The notes beneath the pieces are model-generated. The model made no database searches and was not told where the DNA came from. It saw only the letters and a program-made list of their open reading frames with translations. The position numbers and the translations under genes were made by a program. From an uncultured Planctomycetales bacterium (GTDB lineage Bacteria > Omnitrophota > Gorgyraeia > Aquiviventales > Aquiviventaceae), in assembly GCA_964373175.1 (NCBI GenBank), contig CAYJTP010000001.1, positions 41,654 through 105,653 on the forward strand: a stretch of 64,000 nucleotides of DNA. Reading direction: 5' to 3'. Positions 1 to 8,480 of this stretch are shown here, in pieces (the stretch's first letter is position 1; each line of letters starts with the position of its first letter).

Positions 1-179
1 TGAAGGGCGGTCGTACAGGAGGAGGTCGCCACGGCATCCCCCGCTCCCACATAGCGAGCGAAGGCCTCTTCGAACTCCGCCACCCTCGGCCCCTGCGATA
101 CCCAACCGGTTTCAAGGACCTTCACGACCGCCTCGGCTTCAGCAGCCGTCAACGATGGCCTCGTGATAGGGATCCTCAT
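1..179 (-). CDS. DegT/DnrJ/EryC1-family sugar aminotransferase, N-terminal fragment (gene continues beyond window start)
   Basis: Reverse-strand translation from ATG at 179: MRIPITRPSLTAAEAEAVVKVLETGWVSQGPRVAEFEEAFARYVGAGDAVATSSCTTAL, a typical DegT N-terminus. The ATG overlaps the TGA of the upstream epimerase gene (ATGA). No stop before coordinate 1. Confidence 0.6.
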   Translation of the reverse strand, partial: MRIPITRPSLTAAEAEAVVKVLETGWVSQGPRVAEFEEAFARYVGAGDAVATSSCTTAL

Positions 180-1174
180 CGCTGCCGCCCTATGAGCTGT
201 TGTTTGCGCCATTCGATGAGCTCTTGCAGCCCCTCCCGCAGTGGGACCTCAGCCCTGAAACCCAACAGCTGTTCAGCTTTCTCCGTGCTTCCGACCCGAT
301 GCTGGACGAAGGTCTGGCCCTGCGGTCGATGCTCAGGCAGGAGCAAGGACCCAGTCAGGTCCAGGAGCTCCCGCACCAGTTCGTTGAGGGTGGTGTGAAC
401 CCCCATGCCGATATTGAACGCCTCATCGGTGGCAGAAGCTTTGAGCGCCATCACGTTAGCCCGGGCCGCATCCCCCACGAAGATGAAGTCGTAGGACTGG
501 GAGCCATCCCCGTAGATGAGGGGGGGCTGTCCCTCGTCGATCCGATCCAGCGTCTTCATGATCACGTTCGTATACGCACCGCGATCATCTTGACGAGGCC
601 CATAGACGTTCATGTACCGAAGCGCCACGTATTCCAACCCATAGCGATGGGAAAAGGCTCGGCACATCTGCTCGCCGGCAATCTTCGTCGCCCCATAGAA
701 CGTTCGATTTGCGAACGGATGCTCTTCGGTCATGGGCACCTGGAGGGCATCGCCGTAGACGGAAGCCGAGGAGGAGTAGACCAACCGCTTGACCTTGTTG
801 GCCACGCACGCCTCCAGCACATTGAAGGTGCCCTGAACGTTGACCTCGAACGCCGATCTCGGGTAGTCCTGACAGTGCAACAGCCAGAGCGCTGCCAGAT
901 GCACGACGCAGTCCACATCTCGCATCGCGGCGTTGAGCACATCAGCATGCAGGATGTTGCCACCCAGTTCGTAGATCGTCACGCGAGGATCTCGAAGTGC
1001 GGCTTCGAGATTCTTCAGGTTCCCCCTTGAAAAGTCGTCGTACACGATCACCTGCGCAACCTCCTCTTGTGTGAGGAGGTCGACCACGTGAGAACCGATA
1101 AAACCGGCTCCTCCAATGACGAGAACGCGCTTTCCCTTAAGGTCCATCCGGTTGGAGGTCTTCTCGCTGCTCAC
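176..1174 (-). CDS. NAD-dependent epimerase/dehydratase (SDR family, UDP-sugar 4-epimerase-like)
   Basis: 332 aa. N-terminal [15 protein letters not shown] Rossmann motif; YGATK (YxxxK) catalytic motif; overall UDP-glucose 4-epimerase-like layout. Confidence 0.85.
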   Translation of the reverse strand: MSSEKTSNRMDLKGKRVLVIGGAGFIGSHVVDLLTQEEVAQVIVYDDFSRGNLKNLEAALRDPRVTIYELGGNILHADVLNAAMRDVDCVVHLAALWLLHCQDYPRSAFEVNVQGTFNVLEACVANKVKRLVYSSSASVYGDALQVPMTEEHPFANRTFYGATKIAGEQMCRAFSHRYGLEYVALRYMNVYGPRQDDRGAYTNVIMKTLDRIDEGQPPLIYGDGSQSYDFIFVGDAARANVMALKASATDEAFNIGMGVHTTLNELVRELLDLTGSLLLPEHRPQGQTFVQHRVGSTEKAEQLLGFRAEVPLREGLQELIEWRKQQLIGRQR

Positions 1175-2240
1175 CGTAGGCCCGCCAGCCGAACAGGCCT
1201 GTGGCGGTGACCCTCGAGCGGTCGAGCTGCGCGCGGCTCAGCCAGCTGTCAAGATCCCGGGCATCGTAATAGAAGCGGATGGGTGCCGTGAGGCGATCGA
1301 ACCAGTCCGCCCACACCACCTGAAATGGGTAGCGGCTATACACCTTGAGTCTCGGAAATGCAACCCTTCTGACCAAGGGTCCGAGGAACGGGAGTGTCGA
1401 CGTGACCTGATACGGCACGATAAAGCCTGCCCAGTCTACCGCCGCTGACACAAATGAGATCACCTGTTGAGCTCCCTTGGGTAATCGGGTTGTGACAGTC
1501 CGCGCACACTCCAGCGTGAAGTTCACGACCGGACGACTCTTGCTATAGACCCAGATGAAGACTGAGCCTCCAGGCTTGACCAGCGAGGGCAGGCAGCGGA
1601 ATCCCGCTTCTGGGTCAGGCAGGTGATGGAGGACGCCGATACTATAGGCAAAGTCAAAGCCCCTGTGACGAAACGGCAGCCGATACAGGTTCGCTTGAAC
1701 CAAGTGCACGTTCGGCAAGTGCTGGGTGTTGCGCCTTGCGACATCGATGGCCGCACCGATATCGACGCCGACCATTTCGGCGCCCAGGGTGGCTGCGTTA
1801 TAGATGTGCCGCCCAAACCCACACCCCACGTCGATGCCCACCTTGCCAGGGAAGAACGATTCATCGACTGGCTCGATGTAGTAGAGGAAGTTTTCACGGA
1901 AGTCGGTGACCATCTCGGAGAACAAGGTCCACTGGTACCCAAAACTCTCCCGTGTCTTCTCGATGATCCGAACGAAGCCGTCCCGAGGTTTCTCTGCTGC
2001 CTCAACTGTCCTGTTCCGTCCGAGCCGAACCCCGTACCGATCTCTCAACGATGGCCAGAGGTCAAAGGCGTTCTCCAGCATACGGGGAATGCCGTTGACG
2101 ATCGGGTAGCTCAATCCGCAGCGGCACTCGAGCAGCCCTTCGAGGACTTCGTCTCGCCCTAGTGACTCGACAAAGGGGGTCAGCTCGAGCGTCCCCAAAT
2201 ATCCCGGACAGCGAAGCAGCTCAACGAGTAGACCGCGCAT
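1137..2240 (-). CDS. class I SAM-dependent methyltransferase with N-terminal Trm112-like zinc-ribbon domain
   Basis: 367 aa. N-terminus ...RCPGY...ECRCGLSYPIVNGIPRML resembles a Trm112/DUF343 ribbon. GIDVGCGFGRH is a SAM-binding motif I. Confidence 0.8.
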   Translation of the reverse strand: MRGLLVELLRCPGYLGTLELTPFVESLGRDEVLEGLLECRCGLSYPIVNGIPRMLENAFDLWPSLRDRYGVRLGRNRTVEAAEKPRDGFVRIIEKTRESFGYQWTLFSEMVTDFRENFLYYIEPVDESFFPGKVGIDVGCGFGRHIYNAATLGAEMVGVDIGAAIDVARRNTQHLPNVHLVQANLYRLPFRHRGFDFAYSIGVLHHLPDPEAGFRCLPSLVKPGGSVFIWVYSKSRPVVNFTLECARTVTTRLPKGAQQVISFVSAAVDWAGFIVPYQVTSTLPFLGPLVRRVAFPRLKVYSRYPFQVVWADWFDRLTAPIRFYYDARDLDSWLSRAQLDRSRVTATGLFGWRAYGEQREDLQPDGP

Positions 2241-2254
2241 ACGACCCTCTCAGA

Positions 2255-3322
2255 CTACCTCAACCCCAGCAGGCTTCGCAGCGACGCCTGGTGGTGGGTG
2301 GCCCATACCAGTGGCCCTGTCAGCTTCAGACGCATGAGCACATTGAGCATGACGAAGATGCCATGTTGGACAAACCCAGTTCGGGAGGCTTCGAGTTGTT
2401 GAAGCACCTGCTGAAACTCTTCGGCGCTGAGACGGTAATCCAGAATTTCAAAGAGCGTCTGAGCAGCAGGCCGTTTCGATGCCCTCGAGTCCTGGTTTCT
2501 ACAGTAGAGGGCCAGCTCGTAGGCAAGCGCCCAAAACAGATAGCGATTGACCGAGGACCTCCATCGACTGACCATCTGAGCGTGGGCCGGCCAGCGCGTC
2601 ACGTGGGCATCGCAATAGCGAGAGAGGCACTCCTCATAATCACGGGCCATCGACACGATGGTCCGTGCGCTTTGTGACTGACGAAGCTGCCGACAGCGCC
2701 AGAGCAGCCTGTCCACATGGCCGATCTGCCAGCGTTCGGCAATCTGGAACCACACGACAAAGTCTCCGAACCCGATGGGTCCTTGCTCATCAAACCGAAT
2801 GTCACCGAGAGCCGTGCGCCGGATCATGGCACCCGGAATGCCGATAGAGGATCGTCCAGAGCGCATTGTGCGCTCAATGTACTCCAACCCCGGTGTGACG
2901 GACGGGACGTCGCACTCCCTGACGCCAAGGCACTCCCCCGCGTCGCTGATCAACTCCCAGTCGGAGCACACCACCCCCACCTCGGGATGGTGAGAGAGAA
3001 ACGAGACGTACTCGCTGACGAGTCGAAGACTCCGCTCATCATGGTCGTGGAAGAAACAGATGAACTCCCCATGGCTTTCGTCGATGCAGAAATTATGATT
3101 GCGGTAGAGACCCTGATTGTGAGGATGGCGCACATATCGGATACGCGAATCCGCTAACGCCGCCTGACGGCAGACAGCCTCTGTCTCATCTGCTGAACCA
3201 TTATCACTGATCAGGATCTCGAGCGGAGCGTAGTCCTGGCCTTGGATACTCCTGAGGCCCTCGCGCAGTGCAGAGGCCCGATTGTATGTCGGCACACAGA
3301 TTGAGACGAGGGGCTCGCTCAT
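2255..3322 (-). CDS. glycosyltransferase family 2
   Basis: 355 aa. VSICVPTYNRASALREGLRSIQGQDY...ILISDNGSADET is the classic GT2 (GT-A) N-terminal signature with a DxD-like region. Confidence 0.8.
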   Translation of the reverse strand: MSEPLVSICVPTYNRASALREGLRSIQGQDYAPLEILISDNGSADETEAVCRQAALADSRIRYVRHPHNQGLYRNHNFCIDESHGEFICFFHDHDERSLRLVSEYVSFLSHHPEVGVVCSDWELISDAGECLGVRECDVPSVTPGLEYIERTMRSGRSSIGIPGAMIRRTALGDIRFDEQGPIGFGDFVVWFQIAERWQIGHVDRLLWRCRQLRQSQSARTIVSMARDYEECLSRYCDAHVTRWPAHAQMVSRWRSSVNRYLFWALAYELALYCRNQDSRASKRPAAQTLFEILDYRLSAEEFQQVLQQLEASRTGFVQHGIFVMLNVLMRLKLTGPLVWATHHQASLRSLLGLR

Positions 3323-3332
3323 ACGACCATCG

Positions 3333-4172
3333 CTAGTCCGGAAAGTAAGTCATCACAATCGGCTTCCAGGTGCGGCAGAAGAGGTCTTCGCAGAGGACAT
3401 CTCGAAATCCCCACGCCTCCACGGACAACCATTCCATCACGGGCGAATGGCCAAGCCGTCTCAATGGGGCGTAATAAAACGTATAGTTCAAGAACCCTGC
3501 CGCGAAGAGACACTGGGTGAGCCGCCGCCGTGTCGTCAGCCCCACATGCTGAGGATCATCGGTCCCTGGGGCATGGGAGATGACATAGCGCATTGGATTC
3601 TGCAGCCGAAAGACCGCTCGGAGGCGTTTGTAGAGCAACGAGAGCCTCAGGTAATTCAAGTTTGGCGTCTTGATCACCAAGGGGGCACCGGGCTTGAGGC
3701 ACCTCCGCGCTTCTTTCAGGACCTCCACCTTCACGTCATCGGTCACGTGCTCCATGAAATCGCCGGAAATGGCCCCGTCAAAGAAATGATCGGGAAAATC
3801 CAGATGACGGGCGTCCCCGCAGCGGGCCTCCCCTTGGATGCCGAACCGTTTGAGGTACTCGTTCGCTTTGACGATATGTTGTTCTTCCAGATCTTGGCCG
3901 TACACGATGGCGCCTTGAAGACCACAGTAGACCATCATGGCCCCATCCCCGCATCCAATATCGAGAATCCTCTTGGAGGGACGCGGATCCAGCAGGTGAA
4001 GGGCAACATCCTTGAGCCGCAGGAAATCGACATTCTTCCAACAACGCTGGTGAGACCGATCGCCACCCAGCACATCGGTCTCATTCAGATAGAAGTACCC
4101 TTTGAGCCAACCATCCTGCGGGTACTGATCGCGCACCAGTTGGTTCTGGTCGTGTCCCTTTACCTCAGGCAT
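3333..4172 (-). CDS. class I SAM-dependent methyltransferase
   Basis: 279 aa. ILDIGCGDGAMM motif I, then an acidic motif II (ISGDFMEHV) and LKPGAPLVI motif. Confidence 0.75.
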   Translation of the reverse strand: MPEVKGHDQNQLVRDQYPQDGWLKGYFYLNETDVLGGDRSHQRCWKNVDFLRLKDVALHLLDPRPSKRILDIGCGDGAMMVYCGLQGAIVYGQDLEEQHIVKANEYLKRFGIQGEARCGDARHLDFPDHFFDGAISGDFMEHVTDDVKVEVLKEARRCLKPGAPLVIKTPNLNYLRLSLLYKRLRAVFRLQNPMRYVISHAPGTDDPQHVGLTTRRRLTQCLFAAGFLNYTFYYAPLRRLGHSPVMEWLSVEAWGFRDVLCEDLFCRTWKPIVMTYFPD

Positions 4173-4187
4173 GGTTCTTCTCCTATC

Positions 4188-5396
4188 CTATCCATGGAGC
4201 ATCTCTCGGTAGAGCGCCAAGTACTTCTCAACCCCTTTTTCCAGATCGAAATACCTCTCGGCGACCCGCCGGCAGCGACGCCGCAGCTCTTCTCCTTCTT
4301 GAAGCAGTTGACGTAACTGAGACACGGCCAAACGGTAGGAATCGTGGGACAGGGTCCGAACGACCACCCCTACCCTCTCTCGCTCGATGAGCGTGTCGCA
4401 GTCGCCCACCCCTGCGGTGATCACAATGGGGACGCCACAGGCCAACGACTCTCCCACCTTGGTAGGGCAGGCAGCACGTGCGGAGCTGACAGGCTTCACG
4501 AGACACAAGCTGGCTCTTGCATGCCGGAGTGCCCCAGGGACCTCCTCATGGGGCAGGGAGTGGATTCGATACAATCGGGGATCAACGGGAAACCGCTTCT
4601 GATCTATCCGCCCATCGGTACTATAGGTGAGGAGTTCCCACTCTGCATCCGGAATCTGCTCCTGGACCAGGGAGAAAAAGGAGGACATCGCGTCAAGCGC
4701 ATACCACCCCTCCAACGACCCGATATGCACGAGTTTAAAGCCCTTCCCGTTGTTCTGGGAAAGATCCTCAGCCAGGGTAAATCGATTCAGATTGACACAG
4801 GTGGGGATCGCCACCGTGGGAACCTGGATGCCCCGTTCTGCTAACCGAGCATCGAGGATGTTCTTTCCGGCTTCGGAGAGGATCACGATCCCATCTGCGG
4901 CCTGAAAGAAGCGGCGTTCGCACCACTTCGTTGTCCGATAGAGCATCCCGTTTGTCTTCCACAGTCCTCCTTCAACCCGTTGCTCCGGCCAAAATCCCCG
5001 GAGATCAAACAGAAAGCGCGCCCGAGTCAGGTGTGTGACCCACAAGGCGAGCAGGGCCACCACATAGCCCCTGGCGTGAACAATGTCAGGTCGCCATCGG
5101 CTGCAAATCTTCCTCGTTGCCACAAGTCCCTGAAGCAGATCCCACACCGTTGACATCACGGGGGGTCGCTTGTGGTAGCGAAGGGGCAGCCAATGAATCC
5201 GTTGACTCCTGAGATGGCGGCGACATCTCGAGAGGTCATCGTCAGAGAGGGTCGTCTTTTCAAAGCTGACGACGAATAGCTTGATGCCTCCTCGGGCGAA
5301 CCGCTCCAGGTACGGAACAACCTGAGAACGGCCCAACGGATCGAGCAACCCATCGTATGAAAGGTAGAGACAGCGAACTCCAACGGTCCTGTCCAT
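4188..5396 (-). CDS. glycosyltransferase family 4 (GT-B, retaining)
   Basis: The track ORF (4188..5753) has a low-complexity N-terminal extension. Internal Met MDRTVGVRCLYLSYDGLLDPLGRSQVVPYLE (residue 120, coordinate 5396) coincides with the stop of the upstream gene. The C-terminal half has the GT4 E-x7-E-like region (PTKVGESLACGVPIV). Confidence 0.8.
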   Translation of the reverse strand: MDRTVGVRCLYLSYDGLLDPLGRSQVVPYLERFARGGIKLFVVSFEKTTLSDDDLSRCRRHLRSQRIHWLPLRYHKRPPVMSTVWDLLQGLVATRKICSRWRPDIVHARGYVVALLALWVTHLTRARFLFDLRGFWPEQRVEGGLWKTNGMLYRTTKWCERRFFQAADGIVILSEAGKNILDARLAERGIQVPTVAIPTCVNLNRFTLAEDLSQNNGKGFKLVHIGSLEGWYALDAMSSFFSLVQEQIPDAEWELLTYSTDGRIDQKRFPVDPRLYRIHSLPHEEVPGALRHARASLCLVKPVSSARAACPTKVGESLACGVPIVITAGVGDCDTLIERERVGVVVRTLSHDSYRLAVSQLRQLLQEGEELRRRCRRVAERYFDLEKGVEKYLALYREMLHG

Positions 5397-6853
5397 CAGA
5401 CAGCCTCTCGGGACGGTTCTCGCTGAAGCCCTAAGGCTGTCAGGAAAAGGAGGAGTGGCCACACGGACGCCCGGTGTCGAAAGAGCGTCCCGATGTTTCC
5501 CTCCAGTAGGGCCATTGCACTGCAAAACACGAGAATGATGGTCAGGATCAACTGTTGCCCTGGAGACCCCAAGATCGCCCTGGTAGCTCCTCGGAAGGCG
5601 AAGAACAGGAGTGGATACCAGAGGAGCATTTCCAGGGATCCGAGAAGCTCTGTCGAGGAGCGCGCCATCCACGGAGCGGGCAGGGTGAGCACTCCCACCA
5701 GACCAATCGGCAAGAACATGACCACCTTCACCATCGTATCCAAGCGAACCCATTCAAAAAACGGGGTGCGGGCATCGAGCATCCGGACCCTTCTTGAGTA
5801 TTCGATCCATCCTGCGAGCTTGTTCGGCTCAAGAGCCTGTTCCACGATTGCCCGCTGAAAGACCATCGTGTCCACATCTCGACACAACCGTAATAATGGA
5901 CCAGGAACCTTTCCGGAAGAGATCGAGTAACACGTGAATACCGCTGCCGCGAGGAACACTACCCTCAGCATTCTGATATGAACAACCCCATACAACACGC
6001 AATAGATGAGAAGCGCAGCCAGAAACAACGAACCGATGAAGGGATTGACCTTGGCCAGTACCCATGTCACCCCAAGTCCCGCAGCCCAGGTGATCCCGCG
6101 TCCTCGCCGGAATGGGAAAAGGAAAAGAGCCAGGGCCGTCAGCAGCAACGTGAACGACATCGGTTCTTTGAGATTCTGTGTCGACCAAAGAAAAAGGGAA
6201 GGCCAAAAAGCCGTCAGGAGTCCTGCCGCTCGGGCGGCGCGTTCCCGTAGGTACAGTCGGGCAATCCAGTAGGCCAAGATCCCCGCCCATGAGCCAAAGA
6301 GGCAATTCACGCCGAAGAAGGTCAGGGGGTGATAGCCAAGCCAGTAGGCGACAAGCCCGTTCCAGTAATCAAAGGCCACCCCCGCCGCACCGGACAAGCT
6401 CACAGAACCGAGTGCCTCGGGAGTGGGAAATTCACCCCGCTTCCAATGCTCTGCTAGCCAATAGCCGTTGGCGGCATAGCCGTAACCATCTGCAACGAAA
6501 AAGCCCCCGTTCTGGAACATGCCCATCGGTGTCTCGTACCAGATCCTCGGGCAAACACCATACAAGAGCAGGGCGACGATCACCCTCGTCAACAGCGCGG
6601 TCAGGAAGAGTCGTCGCACCCACTTGCTTTGAACAGGCTCGAGTCGCTGAAGCAACACGAGGGAACACAGCGTCCCTGCCCCTAACGCCACCCAGCCCAT
6701 CCTCAGTGGGGAAGGACTGATCGCCACCAGACACCCCAACAGGCTTAAGCCCAGAAGCCGAACCCCCCCTCGGTGCCGACGCGCAAACGCCAACACCTGG
6801 CTATTCCCCCACTGGCAGCGGAAGAAGCCACCCCCCAGCAGGATGCTACTCAT
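5396..6853 (-). CDS. polytopic inner-membrane protein, O-antigen polymerase/ligase-like or GT-C-like (function uncertain)
   Basis: About 486 aa, highly hydrophobic with at least 10 predicted helices, W/Y/G-rich loops and a large loop (GYGYAANGYWLAEHWKRGE...). The first codon of the track ORF is TTG at 6868; an ATG (MSSILLGGG) at 6853 is preferred. Confidence 0.45.
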   Translation of the reverse strand: MSSILLGGGFFRCQWGNSQVLAFARRHRGGVRLLGLSLLGCLVAISPSPLRMGWVALGAGTLCSLVLLQRLEPVQSKWVRRLFLTALLTRVIVALLLYGVCPRIWYETPMGMFQNGGFFVADGYGYAANGYWLAEHWKRGEFPTPEALGSVSLSGAAGVAFDYWNGLVAYWLGYHPLTFFGVNCLFGSWAGILAYWIARLYLRERAARAAGLLTAFWPSLFLWSTQNLKEPMSFTLLLTALALFLFPFRRGRGITWAAGLGVTWVLAKVNPFIGSLFLAALLIYCVLYGVVHIRMLRVVFLAAAVFTCYSISSGKVPGPLLRLCRDVDTMVFQRAIVEQALEPNKLAGWIEYSRRVRMLDARTPFFEWVRLDTMVKVVMFLPIGLVGVLTLPAPWMARSSTELLGSLEMLLWYPLLFFAFRGATRAILGSPGQQLILTIILVFCSAMALLEGNIGTLFRHRASVWPLLLFLTALGLQREPSREAV

Positions 6854-8480
6854 CGGTTTTCTGGGCAACCCCTTCTTCGATTTCGACCACGGTTCCTTGA
6901 AGCGTATATCGAGAAGAGATGAGGGTCAGTAGGTCTCCGATCCGGATCGCCTCTTTGTCTATCTGCAACTCTGCTGTCACCTGTAATCGATGGAGATCCA
7001 CCCTCCGAACGAGGTAAGGATCGCCGGATCTCTGAACCAACCGATAGACTTCTGCTGGCCCGAGGTCTGTTACCCTCGCAATCCTGCCGATCACCTGGCC
7101 TCCCCCGAACAACAGGTCGTCCGCCTTAACAGCCTTTGCTAGCGGCTCAGGGATTTCCTCCGCAACCAGTTGGACCACCTCCTTCCTCGGCACAGTTGCA
7201 GTTTGCTGTGGCGGGGTTTCGCGGATCTCCAGGACAACCACGTCCAAATCGTACTCATCGCTCCGAAGGGACAATGAACTCCCCACCTTCAGGGGCTCTC
7301 CACTGAAGAAAAGCCAAGTCCCCTTGGAGAAGCAGTGCAGCTTCACCCAGAGTTGTATGGTTGAGCTGGTGGGGCGTACCTGGAGAAACCGCTCGGGATT
7401 CACCTCGATGTCGACGCTGGGCAAAAATGGCACGGGGGGAACGAGGAGAAACTGGACCACCTCACCAACAGGGACCATCCTGGCATCGTAGATCGGATCG
7501 TTGGGAGTGATGAGATTGAGGGCGTCGGGCTCGAACTCAGGTATGCGCACCCGGATGTACCTCCAGGCCGGCTCCGGGGCTACGACCACCGTTTCCGCTG
7601 GCGGGGTTTCGCGGATCTCCAGGATGTCGCCGGAGAAGTCATAGCGCAGACTGCGGAGCATCAGGGAAGCCCCGACCTTGAGGAGCTTGTCGTCGAAAAT
7701 AACATGACCACCGCGCTCCCACCCCACGAGCCTCACCCAAAGCTCCACCTGCGGAACCGAAACCGTGAGGGGAAGTTGGAAAAAGCCCTTTTGCTCAAGG
7801 GGAATCCATGACAGCCGTGGATTCGCGACAGAGATTTTCCCATCGATGACCTGACCGACAACCTCCCCCCGGTGATCATAAATCGCATCGCCTCGGTTAA
7901 AAAAGCCTGCCAAGTCCATGGAGGCAATGTTTCCACGAAGCAGAACAAATGCCTCCCTCGGCAAACCGGGGCGGACCGTCCCGGAGAGACCGTATTGCGC
8001 CGACCGGAAGTCAATCGAGGAACCATTCGTGACAGGTCGCCCCTGGAAGTAAAATTTGCCGTCATCACGAGAGAGCTGCCCATGGAGCCGCAACCGGGTC
8101 ACGACCCGCTTTAAAGGCTTACCCGGCACGATCGGAATGTACTGGATAGAGCTGAAGTCGGCGAGTGCCGTCGACGGCTGAGGCGCAAAGGCCTCCAGGA
8201 TCTCTGCCAGAACCCTCCCTGTGGAATCGTGGTACACATCTCCAACTTGAATCTTGGAACTCACCGTGTCCTCCACCCGATCAAAGACACACGCCACTTC
8301 GATTGCGTCGCTGAGCTCCCATGGTCCACCAGGGTGCTGTGGGGCAGTTAAGATGCGATAGCTTGAAATGGCCACAACCCCCCCGGCAATGAGCAGTCCC
8401 GAGAGCACCAGATCAGCAAGGTTGATTATTCCAAAGAGTCTCCCCTGGTCATCAAGCAGACGTCTCATCGCAACCCTCAA
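6846..8480 (-). CDS. membrane-anchored protein of unknown function with four internal ~130-aa repeats
   Basis: 544 aa. N-terminal TM helix (IINLADLVLSGLLIAGGVVAISSY), then repeated segments such as VELWVRLVGWERGGHVIFDDKLLKVGASLMLRSLRYDFSGDILEIRETPP and IQLWVKLHCFSKGTWLFFSGEPLKVGSSLSLRSDEYDLDVVVLEIRETPP. A near-identical ~34-nt DNA repeat is spaced 390 bp apart. Confidence 0.55.
   Translation of the reverse strand: MRVAMRRLLDDQGRLFGIINLADLVLSGLLIAGGVVAISSYRILTAPQHPGGPWELSDAIEVACVFDRVEDTVSSKIQVGDVYHDSTGRVLAEILEAFAPQPSTALADFSSIQYIPIVPGKPLKRVVTRLRLHGQLSRDDGKFYFQGRPVTNGSSIDFRSAQYGLSGTVRPGLPREAFVLLRGNIASMDLAGFFNRGDAIYDHRGEVVGQVIDGKISVANPRLSWIPLEQKGFFQLPLTVSVPQVELWVRLVGWERGGHVIFDDKLLKVGASLMLRSLRYDFSGDILEIRETPPAETVVVAPEPAWRYIRVRIPEFEPDALNLITPNDPIYDARMVPVGEVVQFLLVPPVPFLPSVDIEVNPERFLQVRPTSSTIQLWVKLHCFSKGTWLFFSGEPLKVGSSLSLRSDEYDLDVVVLEIRETPPQQTATVPRKEVVQLVAEEIPEPLAKAVKADDLLFGGGQVIGRIARVTDLGPAEVYRLVQRSGDPYLVRRVDLHRLQVTAELQIDKEAIRIGDLLTLISSRYTLQGTVVEIEEGVAQKTDE
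7201..7234. repeat. direct repeat copy 1 (intragenic, domain duplication)
   Basis: gtttgctgtggcggggtttcgcggatctccagga recurs near-identically 390 bp downstream at 7591-7624. Confidence 0.6.
7591..7624. repeat. direct repeat copy 2 (intragenic, domain duplication)
   Basis: gtttccgctggcggggtttcgcggatctccagga. The 390 bp spacing equals 130 codons, matching the protein-level repeat. Confidence 0.6.
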
